This document shows, one piece after another, positions 1 to 12,200 of a stretch of DNA of 64,000 bases (position 1 is its first letter; every line of letters starts with the position of its first letter). Source of the stretch: Bugula neritina (Eukaryota; Animalia; Bryozoa); assembly GCA_964035545.1 (NCBI GenBank), contig OZ037766.1, positions 14,994,722 through 15,058,721 of the forward strand, given 5' to 3'. A program made the position numbers and the translations under genes. The notes beneath the pieces are model-generated. The model worked only from the letters and a program-made list of their open reading frames with translations. It ran no database searches and was not told the origin of the DNA.

Positions 1-242
1 ATGAAATTGGTGCTGTGACCAAACTTTTTAGTTTTAATTACTTGTTTCAATTCCTTTAGCAAAAATTTTAGTTTTTCTCAAATTAGAACAGTTCACAATC
101 AGACTTTGCAATAAAAGTTTTTATCTTAGCTTGATTTGCAATTAAGCTCCAAAATACCAATAAATTTTCATGTAGGTAAGAAAGTGTACACTTCACATAA
201 ATTTCCTTTCCATATTTTATGATGTCGACTGTCATGTATATT

Positions 243-3200
243 TTAGGAAGTTGTAGTTTCTGTTAAAGTTTCTTTATTACCTACACTGGAATAAACTGGG
301 TGTTCATATACAGTTTCATAGCTTTCATTGCTTAGGATTTTGTAAATCGTGCTGCGCCAATGTTCATAGTTTGCAAAGCTCGTTTTTATTACTTCGAGAA
401 TGAACTGCTGTGGAAGAGATGTTACAGGAAAGTCAGAGAGGCTTTCCTTGGCTAATATTGCAGCATACTCATGCTGACTAAAGGGCATGATATGGTAGTC
501 TTTGGGTCTTTTACCAAGATCAGTCACATGGCGCTTGTACCAATCATCATATTCATTCTTCATTTCCTACAAGAGACAAAAGTCTGCATACCAAATGATA
601 TTTTACAAAACATCTCACCAATGGTGAAGTTTTAGTTTAGTATGCAAGTTCCCTATTGACATATCACTTGATAGACTGAAGGCCAAGTAAACTAGAAGAG
701 AAGTTGAGATTAACTGCACATAAAACCCTACAAATCCTATTATAATATCTTTTTAAGGCAGAATTGTACAAATATTTTGTAATTGATTGTGCAGGTTGCT
801 TGAGAATCTTTTACCAACATGCGATAGGCAACACTTTACCCTGGTAACTTAATCCTTCGGCAAAGGAGTAGCTGCCTTCAACTAATATTATAATCTAATG
901 TAGTCGGCCATTTTCTATGTTAGAGCCATAGCTTTTGATATTACTTAATAGATAAAAACCGCTTTTTTCTTCTTCAAGACCTACACATAAATTGTGCTCG
1001 GATATACCTCCTAAAATGCTGAAAATTTTGAAACTTCATTGCAAGCTTGTTTTCACAGTAAATATTAAGGCTTTAGTTAGATATTACAAAAAGAAAATTA
1101 TAATTCATCTGAAAGATAGTAAATTAAAATGAAATTATGATCAATATTTAGGCTTTTATATTTTGGATAAATAATATTAATGAAACTATCTGCTGCTATT
1201 TTAATTATTTGGCCATTAGCTGCTACTTTAATACTTTATTTTAGAGGTCTAAAATACTACTTAATTAAATATCTGGCATTCATATTTCTTTTCATCCATA
1301 TCACTGCGAAAGACAAAATTACAATGGCACATTATTTTGATGTTTTTTTTATATAAAATGTAATGAAAGCTTTCCCTACAGACAATAAACTAACCTCTTT
1401 GCTGACTGGTGGAATTTTCTCAGAAATAAAAGCTGCAGCTAGTTCTGCCTGAAAGCTGAGTTGGTAGAGTGCCACAACAAGTGTGTTGAGTCCAATATAG
1501 TACAGACTTGGGTGATCAATATCTACCATCATTCTATAGATATTAGTCACATGACCATCCGTTACTGTTGGTCTGCATCTGTCACTTAGAAATGGGAAGT
1601 GATACCTAAAAGGATGGTAATGAAAGCGGGATTAAAAGGCAGAAAATTTGCAGGTAATTGTGTGACTGTCCACATATATGTAACACACAATTCCTCAGCA
1701 CATGGGCACATGGGCCTCAGCTTGAACGCTTATGTATTGTAGCAGTACAACAGCTCAAGTGTTAGAGAGCCATGCAAAAATCCTTTCATGCTAGGGAGAG
1801 GTTGGTGGAGTAGTGCTGTGGAGATTATTTTATTATCGACCTTTAAATTACACTAGCTGCCATAGATAGTTGAAAATGAAAAAAATATTTATCAGCTTAA
1901 AAATGATTGTATCTTATATACTAATAACTTGAATATATTTAAGCCACATAAATCGCTGCTGAACTGTTTAATCAATCGTTAATGGCATCTGAAATAGGAG
2001 CAAATAATGTGAGCTGGTACACTTAAAAGCCAGCCAGATGTAAATATAGACTCAGTATGTCTAAAAATAGAAAATCCATGAAAATTCAAGGTTTTACAGG
2101 AGAATTTTGAAAAGAAAAATAAACATGAATTACAAATGCACTAAAGGACTTACAATCCTAAGGAAATATGTGCACTACCAACTTGTTTCGGTAAAATAGA
2201 AACAATGCTCATTAAAGAAAGTTGTAGTAAATTAAAGCAGCTCGGGCCTAGAACCTGCTCCTTCGAAGTATTTGCATACCTCAACGGTGTTATTTAATTT
2301 TCTGGCTAAAGATAGGTCAACAAATTTAATAGTTCAATAAATTTGCAAATACAGCAGCTTGCTAATTTTGAAGGGCTTGATTTGAGCAAATTGTTTAGGT
2401 AGGCTTATTTAACTAAAGTAACGTAAATAGTATGTTTAGAAGTGATGATTGCTTGCCCTGTATAAGCATTAGTGTTCAACTGTCAACCTTATAACATTTG
2501 TAAGAAAAAACCTTAAATTTATTTTTTGTTAAATCATGGTAAAGAATTACTATTCCCATTTTTAATAAGTCACATGGAATAAAAGCTTTCAATTAATTTT
2601 TCTAATCAAATTTCTATACACATGCTATTATACTAATATTATTTTGCATATTATATCTTAGTGTGTTTGCATAAGTTTCAAAACATAAAACGTTATACAA
2701 ATCTCTGATGATATATTAGTTCTAAAAAAGGATTCAAAGGCAGTTTTATTTGAATTTAGAATTATATTTTTAAAAGAACAGACACCTAATTTATAATTGA
2801 GCATTCATCAACTTACTCATAGCCTGTAGCAAATAGAATGATATCTGCCTGTATAACTCTACCATCATTTAGTATTATATCATCCCCACTTATCTCAGAT
2901 ATGTCGGTAACTTTCTCTGTATTGTCAGGAAGAGGAGAAGCTATCAGTGGGTTGTGATGACTGAAATAAATCTGCAACACAAACACTACTCTACAACAAA
3001 TTAAGAGAGAGCTCTTTTGCAGCTTGCAGTTGAATGAGAACCTTTATAATTGATGCCATGAGAGTTCAGCATTCACTGTATAGTGAACGCTGAAGTCGCA
3101 TGTTTCAAATATTTTCTTTTACATCTTAATATAAAATTACACTATGTCACCTGAGTTTCTTTCTTTGTTGAAAAATCTATTCTATTTGAGTTAAACTGAG

Positions 3201-6200
3201 AGAAGCACATTTATTCACAAGGTTATCAAATTTTTAATTTGATTATGAAAAAAAATGTTTACAACGTTTTACACTTCTAAAATAAAGACCAGATAGTTGC
3301 TAATGCTTGCTTTCAAACTTTACTGTACTTACAGTAAAATAGTCCTAATAATAAATCTTAATAATAGTCCTAATAGTCTAAAATAGTCAGTCTTAAGACA
3401 TTCAATAAGCACTCTAGATAGTTGCAAAACAAACCAAAACATAGCATAGTTAATAAAAAGGGTAATAGTGAAAAATAAGTTTGATTATAAAATTCTGCAG
3501 ATTTTATAATGAAAACCTTGTACTTCTGTTGTACTTCACACTTAGGCTATATAGTAATCCTTGATATTATATGTTCAAGCGAGCGAAATTTTTACATAAA
3601 TGGAAGGTAAAAATGCAACAGCTAGTATTCCATTTTTTGCTAAAGCCTGCGGCATTTGCATATGCTGTACCTTTTTAGGAGCAGACTTCATATGAAAGAG
3701 TATATCTAAGCCGGACACTTTTCCACCGACAATCAAAACCGTCTTTCCTTTAAAATATTCTGGAGATTGATAGTAGATGCTGTGCATTGTCTCCCCGGTG
3801 TATGTTTTCATTCCTTTGACATCTGGAATGTGAGGCTTTTCATGATGTCTAGTATTAATTATAGAAACAAAATAATAAACATAACTATGTTTAAACTACC
3901 CTATATGTTTGTTCAATCTATGTGTGCTCTGTCTTTTAGTTAATCTTGTGTAGTCAATAAAAATCGGCGTTTTACACAAAAACATATTCAACTTTTGCAT
4001 TAATGATGTATTATGCAATGGCATGCTTGAAACAAAACAGTTTATAAGTAGGTATATGTCATTTTTGTAAAATAAAAAAGGTATAGCAAATATTTCTGAT
4101 CATGTTGTTGTGTTTTTTAGGTTTGTTATTTTAGTCATTTCAGCTATTAGGTCTTGTAACTTTAATGCATTTTAAAAAATACTGATATGCTTCAGTAAAA
4201 CGTTCAAGTACCGGTAATGTATCATAATATAGATTATTAAACTACCCGTTGCAAATCACGACTGCATCAAACTTCTGTGTTCTGACAACTCCATTTGTTT
4301 CATTTCGCGTAGTCACACACCATCTTTCTTCTTCATTTTCTGTTGTGCAAGGGTCCACTTCTAATACTCGGTGTCGGAACTAGAAATGATAACAATCAGC
4401 ATATTGGGTCAGATTGAGTAGAGGGCAGCCTGAAATGAGCTTGAGGTTCAGTATTAATTGATACAGTTCATTACATTTGTCTCATTTTGATTTACCATGT
4501 TAACAGAACAGCTTTCATAGAGTTATAGTTACACAAAAGTTACAGAACATTGAAATAAATTACTGCATGTATCGGTAGTAATAGTAGTTTCACCACCTGT
4601 TCAGGTAACAGCAAAATCAGGAAATACTCAAAGTACCATTACATGGAGGTAATTTCTGCACAGACAATTAGCTAAAACTATGCACAGATGGTAAAAAGTT
4701 CTTGCAGTAGTGATATAATTTGTTGGGTATTATTTAGTGAGTACACATTTTTAATTTCTGTTTTACATTTATTCCAATCAATTAAAACTATTGAGAATGA
4801 GATTTCAAAATGAAATAGTTTATAAAGTGGGGCAGCAAAGCGATTGGCCAATACAACTGGTCACTCAAGTTTTGCTCATCACCTTGTGTGTGGCAGCTGT
4901 TTTCACTGCATAGGATTATCGCATTCAAAATTCTGATTCATGCAGCAAAACCTTTATGCTTATCTTCAATTTTTAATACCTATATAACATATTGTGGTGG
5001 CTCGTAGAGCTACCAGCAACACAATACGCAAGGTTGCGTATTGACCCGGAACGATGTACTAGCCAATTAGCTAAGCTGCTTAGGAGTGATAGTAGCAGCT
5101 TCGCGCTACTAGCTCAGTTGAGGATAGTGCTGTAAATTAAATAGACGTGCGTATTATTACTGTTGTATATTAGATTTTATTATGTATTCTTGTATTCAAA
5201 TATAACGATATCTACTCGACTTATCTCGGTGAAGTTTCTCTAGTAATAAATAGACTCTCTTGGTTGCACATCGACCCTAAAACTGAAAATCATAACAGTG
5301 GTGGCAGCGGTGGGATAGTGTACATCAAAGATGGAGACTGAAAATGCTAGAATGCAACCATCCCCAGTAGAAGGTGAGCGTAGAAATGATGTTAATCCTG
5401 TGAATCGTGAGGGAGAAGAAGCTTATAGATATTGCTTGAAAGCTCCCACCTTTACTGGGTCAGAGGATGTCGAACAGTTTATACAAGAATTTAGAGAGGT
5501 AATGGAGATTGCTCAATGGCTGCATAGAGTGGCCCTTATCCAATTGCGGAGAGCGTTGACGAAACAAGCCAAGCCGTACGGAGTGGGAACGGACGTAAAC
5601 GGGATACTGGCTGCGCTGCGGGCCCGTTTTGGCATCTCCACAATAGACGCTAGGACCAAGCTAGAGAGAATGTGCCGCACCCCGCGGACCTCGCTGCAAG
5701 AACATGCCGCGACGGTGAAGAAACTGGCGCAGATTGCGTATAGCGATCTGCCAGCACAACACCAAGAGCGTTACACCTATGACGCCTTTGTCCAGTCACT
5801 AAACGACCTGGGCCTACACCATCAACTACGAGCTAAAGGGATAACCAGAATAGAGGATGCCCTGAAGGCTGGAGAAGCTTACCTGTTGGCTACCCAAATG
5901 CATCGAGCACAACGAAACCCACCAGTAGTTGGAGTCAGCGCTGCCAGGGCTACGACAGGTCCCGAAGCCCTCCCGCTGGAAGCCGAAGTGGACCGTATGG
6001 TAGAGATGCTGGGACAACTGGTAACAATTCTGGCCGGTGCTGGCCCCGGTCAGGCCCTGCGGGTGCCCCCAACACCTGTGGGGCAGGGCTGGAGTAGTGC
6101 TGGTCAGGACCAGGGACAGAAAGGACGACCCCAATACCAGGGGGCGTTAAACTGTCACGGCCCGCGGACGCTCTCCCTCCCCGCGGGCCGCAACTGAAGG

Positions 6201-9200
6201 AGTCTGGTGGGACACGCCGTCGTCCGTCCGTACGGACACGACGGAACACTCCCCCCGAGTGGCAGGTACCACGCAGGACTAGCAGGCCCGCACAACGGCC
6301 AAGTACCTTCTCCCTGCCACTCGCCAACCGGTTCCACCGGTTACCTCGGGAAGAGGAGCCCGCCACTGAAATGGAGCCGGAAGGCCCAGTGGAGAGCCCC
6401 AAACCCCGCCGGCACCAACCTCGCCGCCGGAAACCCCGTAAACCACGGGTGAAACCCCCGCTGTCCTACCAATCTAGGACAGCACATGCGGGGGGGGGGT
6501 GAAAGTACAACCACATGGAGAGAGCTATTTCCTACCTGGAAAGGTGGCCGGTAACGCAGTCACTTTCCTGCTCGACTCCGGTTGTACTACCAACCTTCTC
6601 AGTCGTAGAGTCTTTGAGGCACTGCCCCGCCGGGACAGGGATAGAGTACGACCGTATACAGGGGAACATGGCACCCTGGCAGACGGGTCATGTATTCCCT
6701 TCTACGGTATTATCGAGCTCCCTGGGCGTGTCCGAGACCAGGCTGTACAGGAGACTTTTGTCATAAGCCAACTGGGGGAAGATGCTATCCTCGGAATGCC
6801 CTTCTTGAAGCAACACCAGTGCCGAATAGACTTCAGCAAGTCGGTGGTGCTGATGGGCGTGCGAGAACTCGCCTGTGTGGATAAGTTTGGGCGTCCTCTG
6901 GTGGGCGGTGTTCAGGTAGTTCGAAACTGCACCGTGCCTGGACGCTCCAGAGCTACTATCCACTGCCGAGTGAACAGCAACCGGATAGCCAGGCTCGGGG
7001 TCGTTGAAGGCGCGCACGAAAGGATCCAACTCGCTAGTAGTTTAAACCGACTAACTGAGCGAGGGGAGGTCTTAGTGCAGTGTGTCAACCCCTTTACCGA
7101 GCCCATTGAGCTCCCAGCTGGGTCAATGCTGGGCCGGTTCCACTCCGTCCAGGAAGAGGACGTGGGCCCGTCGCTGGGTGACGCGACGGAGACACCCCCT
7201 CGACACCCTACTCAGGGGCGAGGGGCAGTTCCAACACATCTCCGGGAGTTATATGAAACAGCCTGTGGCGGCTGCGCGAGCAACAAGGAACGCCAAGCGA
7301 TGGCGAAGTTGCTACGCGACTACGGTGATGTGTTCAGCAGCGGAGATCATGACGTGGGGCTGACTGGAGTTGTCAGACACGAAATACCGCTGACTGCAGG
7401 GACAGTCCCTGTCCGGCAACCCACACGCAGGCTGGGGCCGGAAAAAGAGAAGGAGGTTAACCGACAAGTACGGGATCTTCTGGACCGCGGCCTCATAGAG
7501 CCCGCCCATAGTGCGTGGAGCTCACCGGTCGTACTGGTCCAGAAGAAAGACGGCAGTTGGCGGTTCTGTGTGGATTATCATAAACTCAATAACGTAACCA
7601 TACAGGACGCCTACCCTCTACCTCGTATTGACGAGTCATTGGACGCCCTAGCCGGCAGCAAGTACTTCAGTACATTAGACTTGCTGAGTGGCTATTGGCA
7701 GGTCCCTCTGAGTCCCGACGCCCAGGAGAAAGCGGCGTTTATCACACGAGACGGGTTGTGGAAGTGGAAGGTGCTGCCCTTCGGGTTAACCTCCGCCCCA
7801 GCCACCTTCCAAAGGCTGATGGAACAAGTCCTTAGCGGGCTCCATTGGAAGACACTGCTGGTCTACCTCGATGATGTCATCGTGATCTCCCCAGACTTCG
7901 AGACGCATGTCAGTCGTCTGCAGGAGGTTTTCGAGAGACTCCGAGGTGCCGGTCTTAAGCTCAAACCTTCCAAGTGCGCTCTATTGCAGCCGGAGGTCAA
8001 GTACCTGGGGCACGTTGTCGGTCGAAACGGCGTGGCAACGGATCCCGAAAAGGTACGGGCGATAGAAGACTGGGTCACCCCCCAAGACTTGACCGGACTC
8101 CGGGCTTTCTTGGGGCTGGTAGGGTATTACAGGCAATACATACCGGACTTTGCGGGCATAGCACAGCCGTTAAACCGGCTCACCGCAAAGGGAGTGACGT
8201 GGCAGTGGACCCCAGTCGAACAAGGAGCGTTCGACCGCCTCAAGGGCTGCCTGCTAACGGCGCCCATCTTGGCCTACCCAGACCCCACTCTGGAGTACAT
8301 CCTCGACACGGACGCCAGTGACCAAAATGTTGGCGCTGTGCTGTCTCAAGTGCAGGAAGGCCGAGAGGTAGTAGTAGCCTACTACAGCAAGTCTCTCTCA
8401 CCCGCTGAATGAAATTACTGCACTACCCGCAAGGAGCTGCTGGCAGTAATCAAGTCAGTGAAGCACTTCAGACCATACCTATACGGCAGGAAGTTCCGGC
8501 TGCGTACGGATCATGCCTCGCTGATCTGGCTGTGCAAGAGAGCAGAGCCCTCCAGCCAGGTCGCCCGGTGGCTCGAAATCCTAGCTGAATTCTCCTACCG
8601 GATCGAACATCGACCGGGCAGGAGACACAGCAATGCGGATGGTTTGAGCCGCCGACCTGATGGAGGTTGCAAACAGTGTCTCAACATCGAGAGGAGGGAC
8701 GGAGGTCCCCCGCGATGTGAGTTAGAGACGCTGGCTCGCCATGGAGCACCGTTTGACTGGGACCAGGGTCAACTCAGACAGGAGGTTGACGAGTCCCCGG
8801 AGGTTGTACAAAACCTCCGCGCCAACCCTGTACTGGCCGATAATGTCCGAGAGCTGAAGAAGCTCCAGGAAGAGCTACCTGGAGTAGTGGCAGACATATA
8901 TCGGGCCAAAAAGGAAGGGCGACGACCCAGCGAGGAACGCATAAGACAGGGATGTGCCGAGTTCCGGCTATACTGTCAGCGTTGTGACTCGCTGCGGATC
9001 GGGCAGGATGGTCTACTGACCATTTCTCTAGCTGCCAGTGGCAGACACCCGGAAAGGAAGAGGGTGGTCTGTCCCACTGCCATCCGCCGGGAGCTGATTT
9101 GGGACACTCACAAACAGGCCCACGCAGGGGTCAAGAGAGTGATCTCCAAATTACGGCTCCGGTGGTATTGGCCACAAATGGAGCGTGACGTCCGACTCAG

Positions 9201-12200
9201 AGTCAAACAGTGTGAGATCTGCCAGGCCAGTAAGCATAGCCGTCCCCCTGGTGAAGCAGGACGGCGGAGGCTATATGCTGGTAGGCCCTGGCAAGTAGTC
9301 GCTGTAGACCTAGTTGGACCCATGCCCCTGACCCCCAGAGGCAATAGTTGGATCTTAGTACTGACCGACCACTTTACTAGGTGGGCGGACGCTCTGGCTA
9401 TCCCAGATGCGTCAGCCCCAACAGTGGCCAGGGCACTAGACCAACATGTATTCTGTTATTTTGGTCTCCTCGAACAGATACACTCTGATCAAGGCGCTCA
9501 ATTCCAGTCTCAACTGATGAGCGACCTTTGCCACCCCTGGGGAGTAAATCAGAGCCGGACCACCCCCTACCACCCTCAAGGTAACGGGGTGGTGGAGCGC
9601 AACAACCGGATGCTAGGTGATGCGCTCCGGAGTCTCCTCCTCGGACGAGGCCAAGAGGAATGGGATACGGTGTTGCCGCAAGTCATGCGTGCATACCGTA
9701 GCACCCCACACACCAGTACTGGTGAGACCCCAAACCTCTTGATGCTCGAGAGAGAGACTCGTGTCCCTGACCATCTTACCTACCACGTTCCAGAGCAAGA
9801 CAACTCGGTTCACGAGTATGCCAGTGAACTAGTGGAACGGATGAAGGCCGCACACGATATACTGCGCGAACAGCAGTGGAAGGTGCGGCACGAAGATTCC
9901 GATGAACCACCTCTCTACCAAACGGGAGATAAGGTGTGGATGGTCAATTACCGTAGGCGTCGCGGACAGGCTGACAAACTAAAGCCTAAGTTCGTAGGAC
10001 CCTACGTGATCGTCGAGGCTATGCCCAATCATACGTACAAGATTGAGCGCTCAGGACAGGTGTCTATCCAGAATGAGTCTCGCTTGAAACCGTATTGGGC
10101 TAGCCCCGACGCGGTGAGAGAAGCCCCCCCGTTGTTGGAGCCTAGGAGGCAGACAACAACATGCGGGCGACGGCGGCATGGACCTGAATACGAAGTGGTC
10201 ATACCGCCGGAAGAAAACTTGGTGAGAGAAGAGCGGCAGCTTTTGCCAACGGAAGCGTGTCCGCCACCGCCAAGTCTAATTCCATCACTTCCAGAAACCG
10301 AGCCGGTTCCGGAAGTGCAAACCCCCACGGAGGGAGGGGCTCCATCCGGAGAACAAGAAGAGGTGACCGCTAACGGTGAAGTAGAGACGCCATTAGAGGC
10401 CCCTACTAACGAACCGGCGAGCGTGTCACCCCCCCTAGAACGGGGACAGCGTACGAGGAAACCCCCACCATATTTAAAAGACTTCGTATGTGACTGCATT
10501 AGAAGCGGCACACATGAAAGTCTAGGGGAAAACCGTACGATAAAATGTTGGAGTTGTGAACCCCACGCAAATATCAACTTTTGCGAGGGCGGAATAGTGG
10601 GAGGAATTAATGCGCGTATAGCAAATAGTTCCGACCTCGTGCCTCAGAAACGATGCTCAGCCTTTTCTTATGCTGACATCGCCAGAGGCAGACGTATATC
10701 ACAACCAGCTCCAATCTTACCAAGAACGTTGAGTATGGACATTAATACCGAGTTCACAGGTAAGCCAGTATAAGTCTTGTATTCCTATCCATGGAAACGG
10801 GCTCGATGCCAGTAAATTCTGAACTAATTCAACAGATTGAATCAGAATTACTGGGAACCACGTTTCACGTGAAGGACAATGAAGACACTGTAATGGCCGA
10901 TGGTCTGTTAGACCTGGAGCTAGACACTGTTCTTGGTCAGTCCACACATGATTCACTGGTTCCTCGAGTGCATTCTAAAAGTTGTGACTCTCAGGCTAGT
11001 AACAGTCGACCGTCGCTAGAATTATGTTGTAAAGATCCACCGCGATCTAACAATAATTCTACTTTTGTAGACACACTCGCGCCCGTCTCTCCGGGCATGC
11101 CTTCTCTAGAGATGGCATGGGACCCAGAGCCGGCCCCACCAACTTCCACAACCGGACAACTGCCACCCCAGTTGGAAGCAACCTCTAACTGGATTACCCC
11201 TGCCACAGAAAAAGAGATTAAGACTCATAGAGGAGGTGACAGTAACCGCGAATGCCGCCTATGTCAGCAGCGGTTTACAACCCATCGTAGGCTGAGAGTC
11301 CACTTGCCGCAGCATTACATCACAACGTTCTGCCCCTGCGGAGAATATAGTTACAATCGTGATTATCTACTGCGTCACCAACGCACTATGCAGTGCTTTC
11401 AAGGACACGTCTATGAAGTAGACAAAGCATCATATCCCGCATTCCTTAACGCCATCAGACCCCTCATCACTGACTCAGCTCGGCTGTCTCGCCTGGAGCA
11501 AGGCTTTCCCTCCCCTCGACCCATCATCTCTGAAACCATGGATAAGCATACAAAATCAACTAACTCCCCACCTCCCAGTCCTATACGTCAACCGCATACA
11601 CTTCCCCGTGTCGTACTACAGAGGGTAGACACGAAGGCGTATACACTCCCTCCCCCACTTCCATCTTCAGAACGGAAACGACACAGACAGCAGACCTTCT
11701 CTCGTTCATCCCCTCTGGCCCGCAACTTACGTGAAGTAGAAGCTAGGGCCCGTGACCTGGAGCAAGAAGTGTACAGACTGGCACCGCGCGTGCATGCTGC
11801 ATCCAGTGAGCTCAAGTATCTACAGGAATCTATTAAACGCATGAGGCGGGCGGCCCACGACTAACATGAATCCATCTCCAACTCCATACCACTCTTCCCC
11901 CCTACCTCTCTGTGGCATTCCCTCCCGTTATGGTGGCACGTACTCTACATGTAAATAGGACTTTCTTTTACATACTTGCATCATTCATTGTGCATATATT
12001 TTTTATATATACCTGTATCTCTAATCAGTTGGCTCTTATATATACTTTTGTATCATTCTCTCTCTGCCCACTGATGTATAAGTTTTTTTTATGTGAATTA
12101 TATTTTTTATCAGAAAGAGGGCTTTCTGCTGGAGGGGGCAGTGTGGTGGCTCGTAGAGCTACCAGCAACACAATACGCAAGGTTGCGTATTGACCCGGAA

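Noticed and set aside
8410-8412. Programmed stop-codon readthrough in pol
   Set aside because: The stop is inside RNase H at a normally Arg position; a CGA>TGA mutation is simpler.
5826-11842. Antisense and alternate-frame ORFs inside the Gypsy element
   Set aside because: Expected in GC-rich coding sequence; no recognisable motifs.
10791-11864. ORF3 as an envelope gene (errantivirus-like)
   Set aside because: No signal peptide or transmembrane segment visible; it has zinc-finger and coiled-coil features instead.
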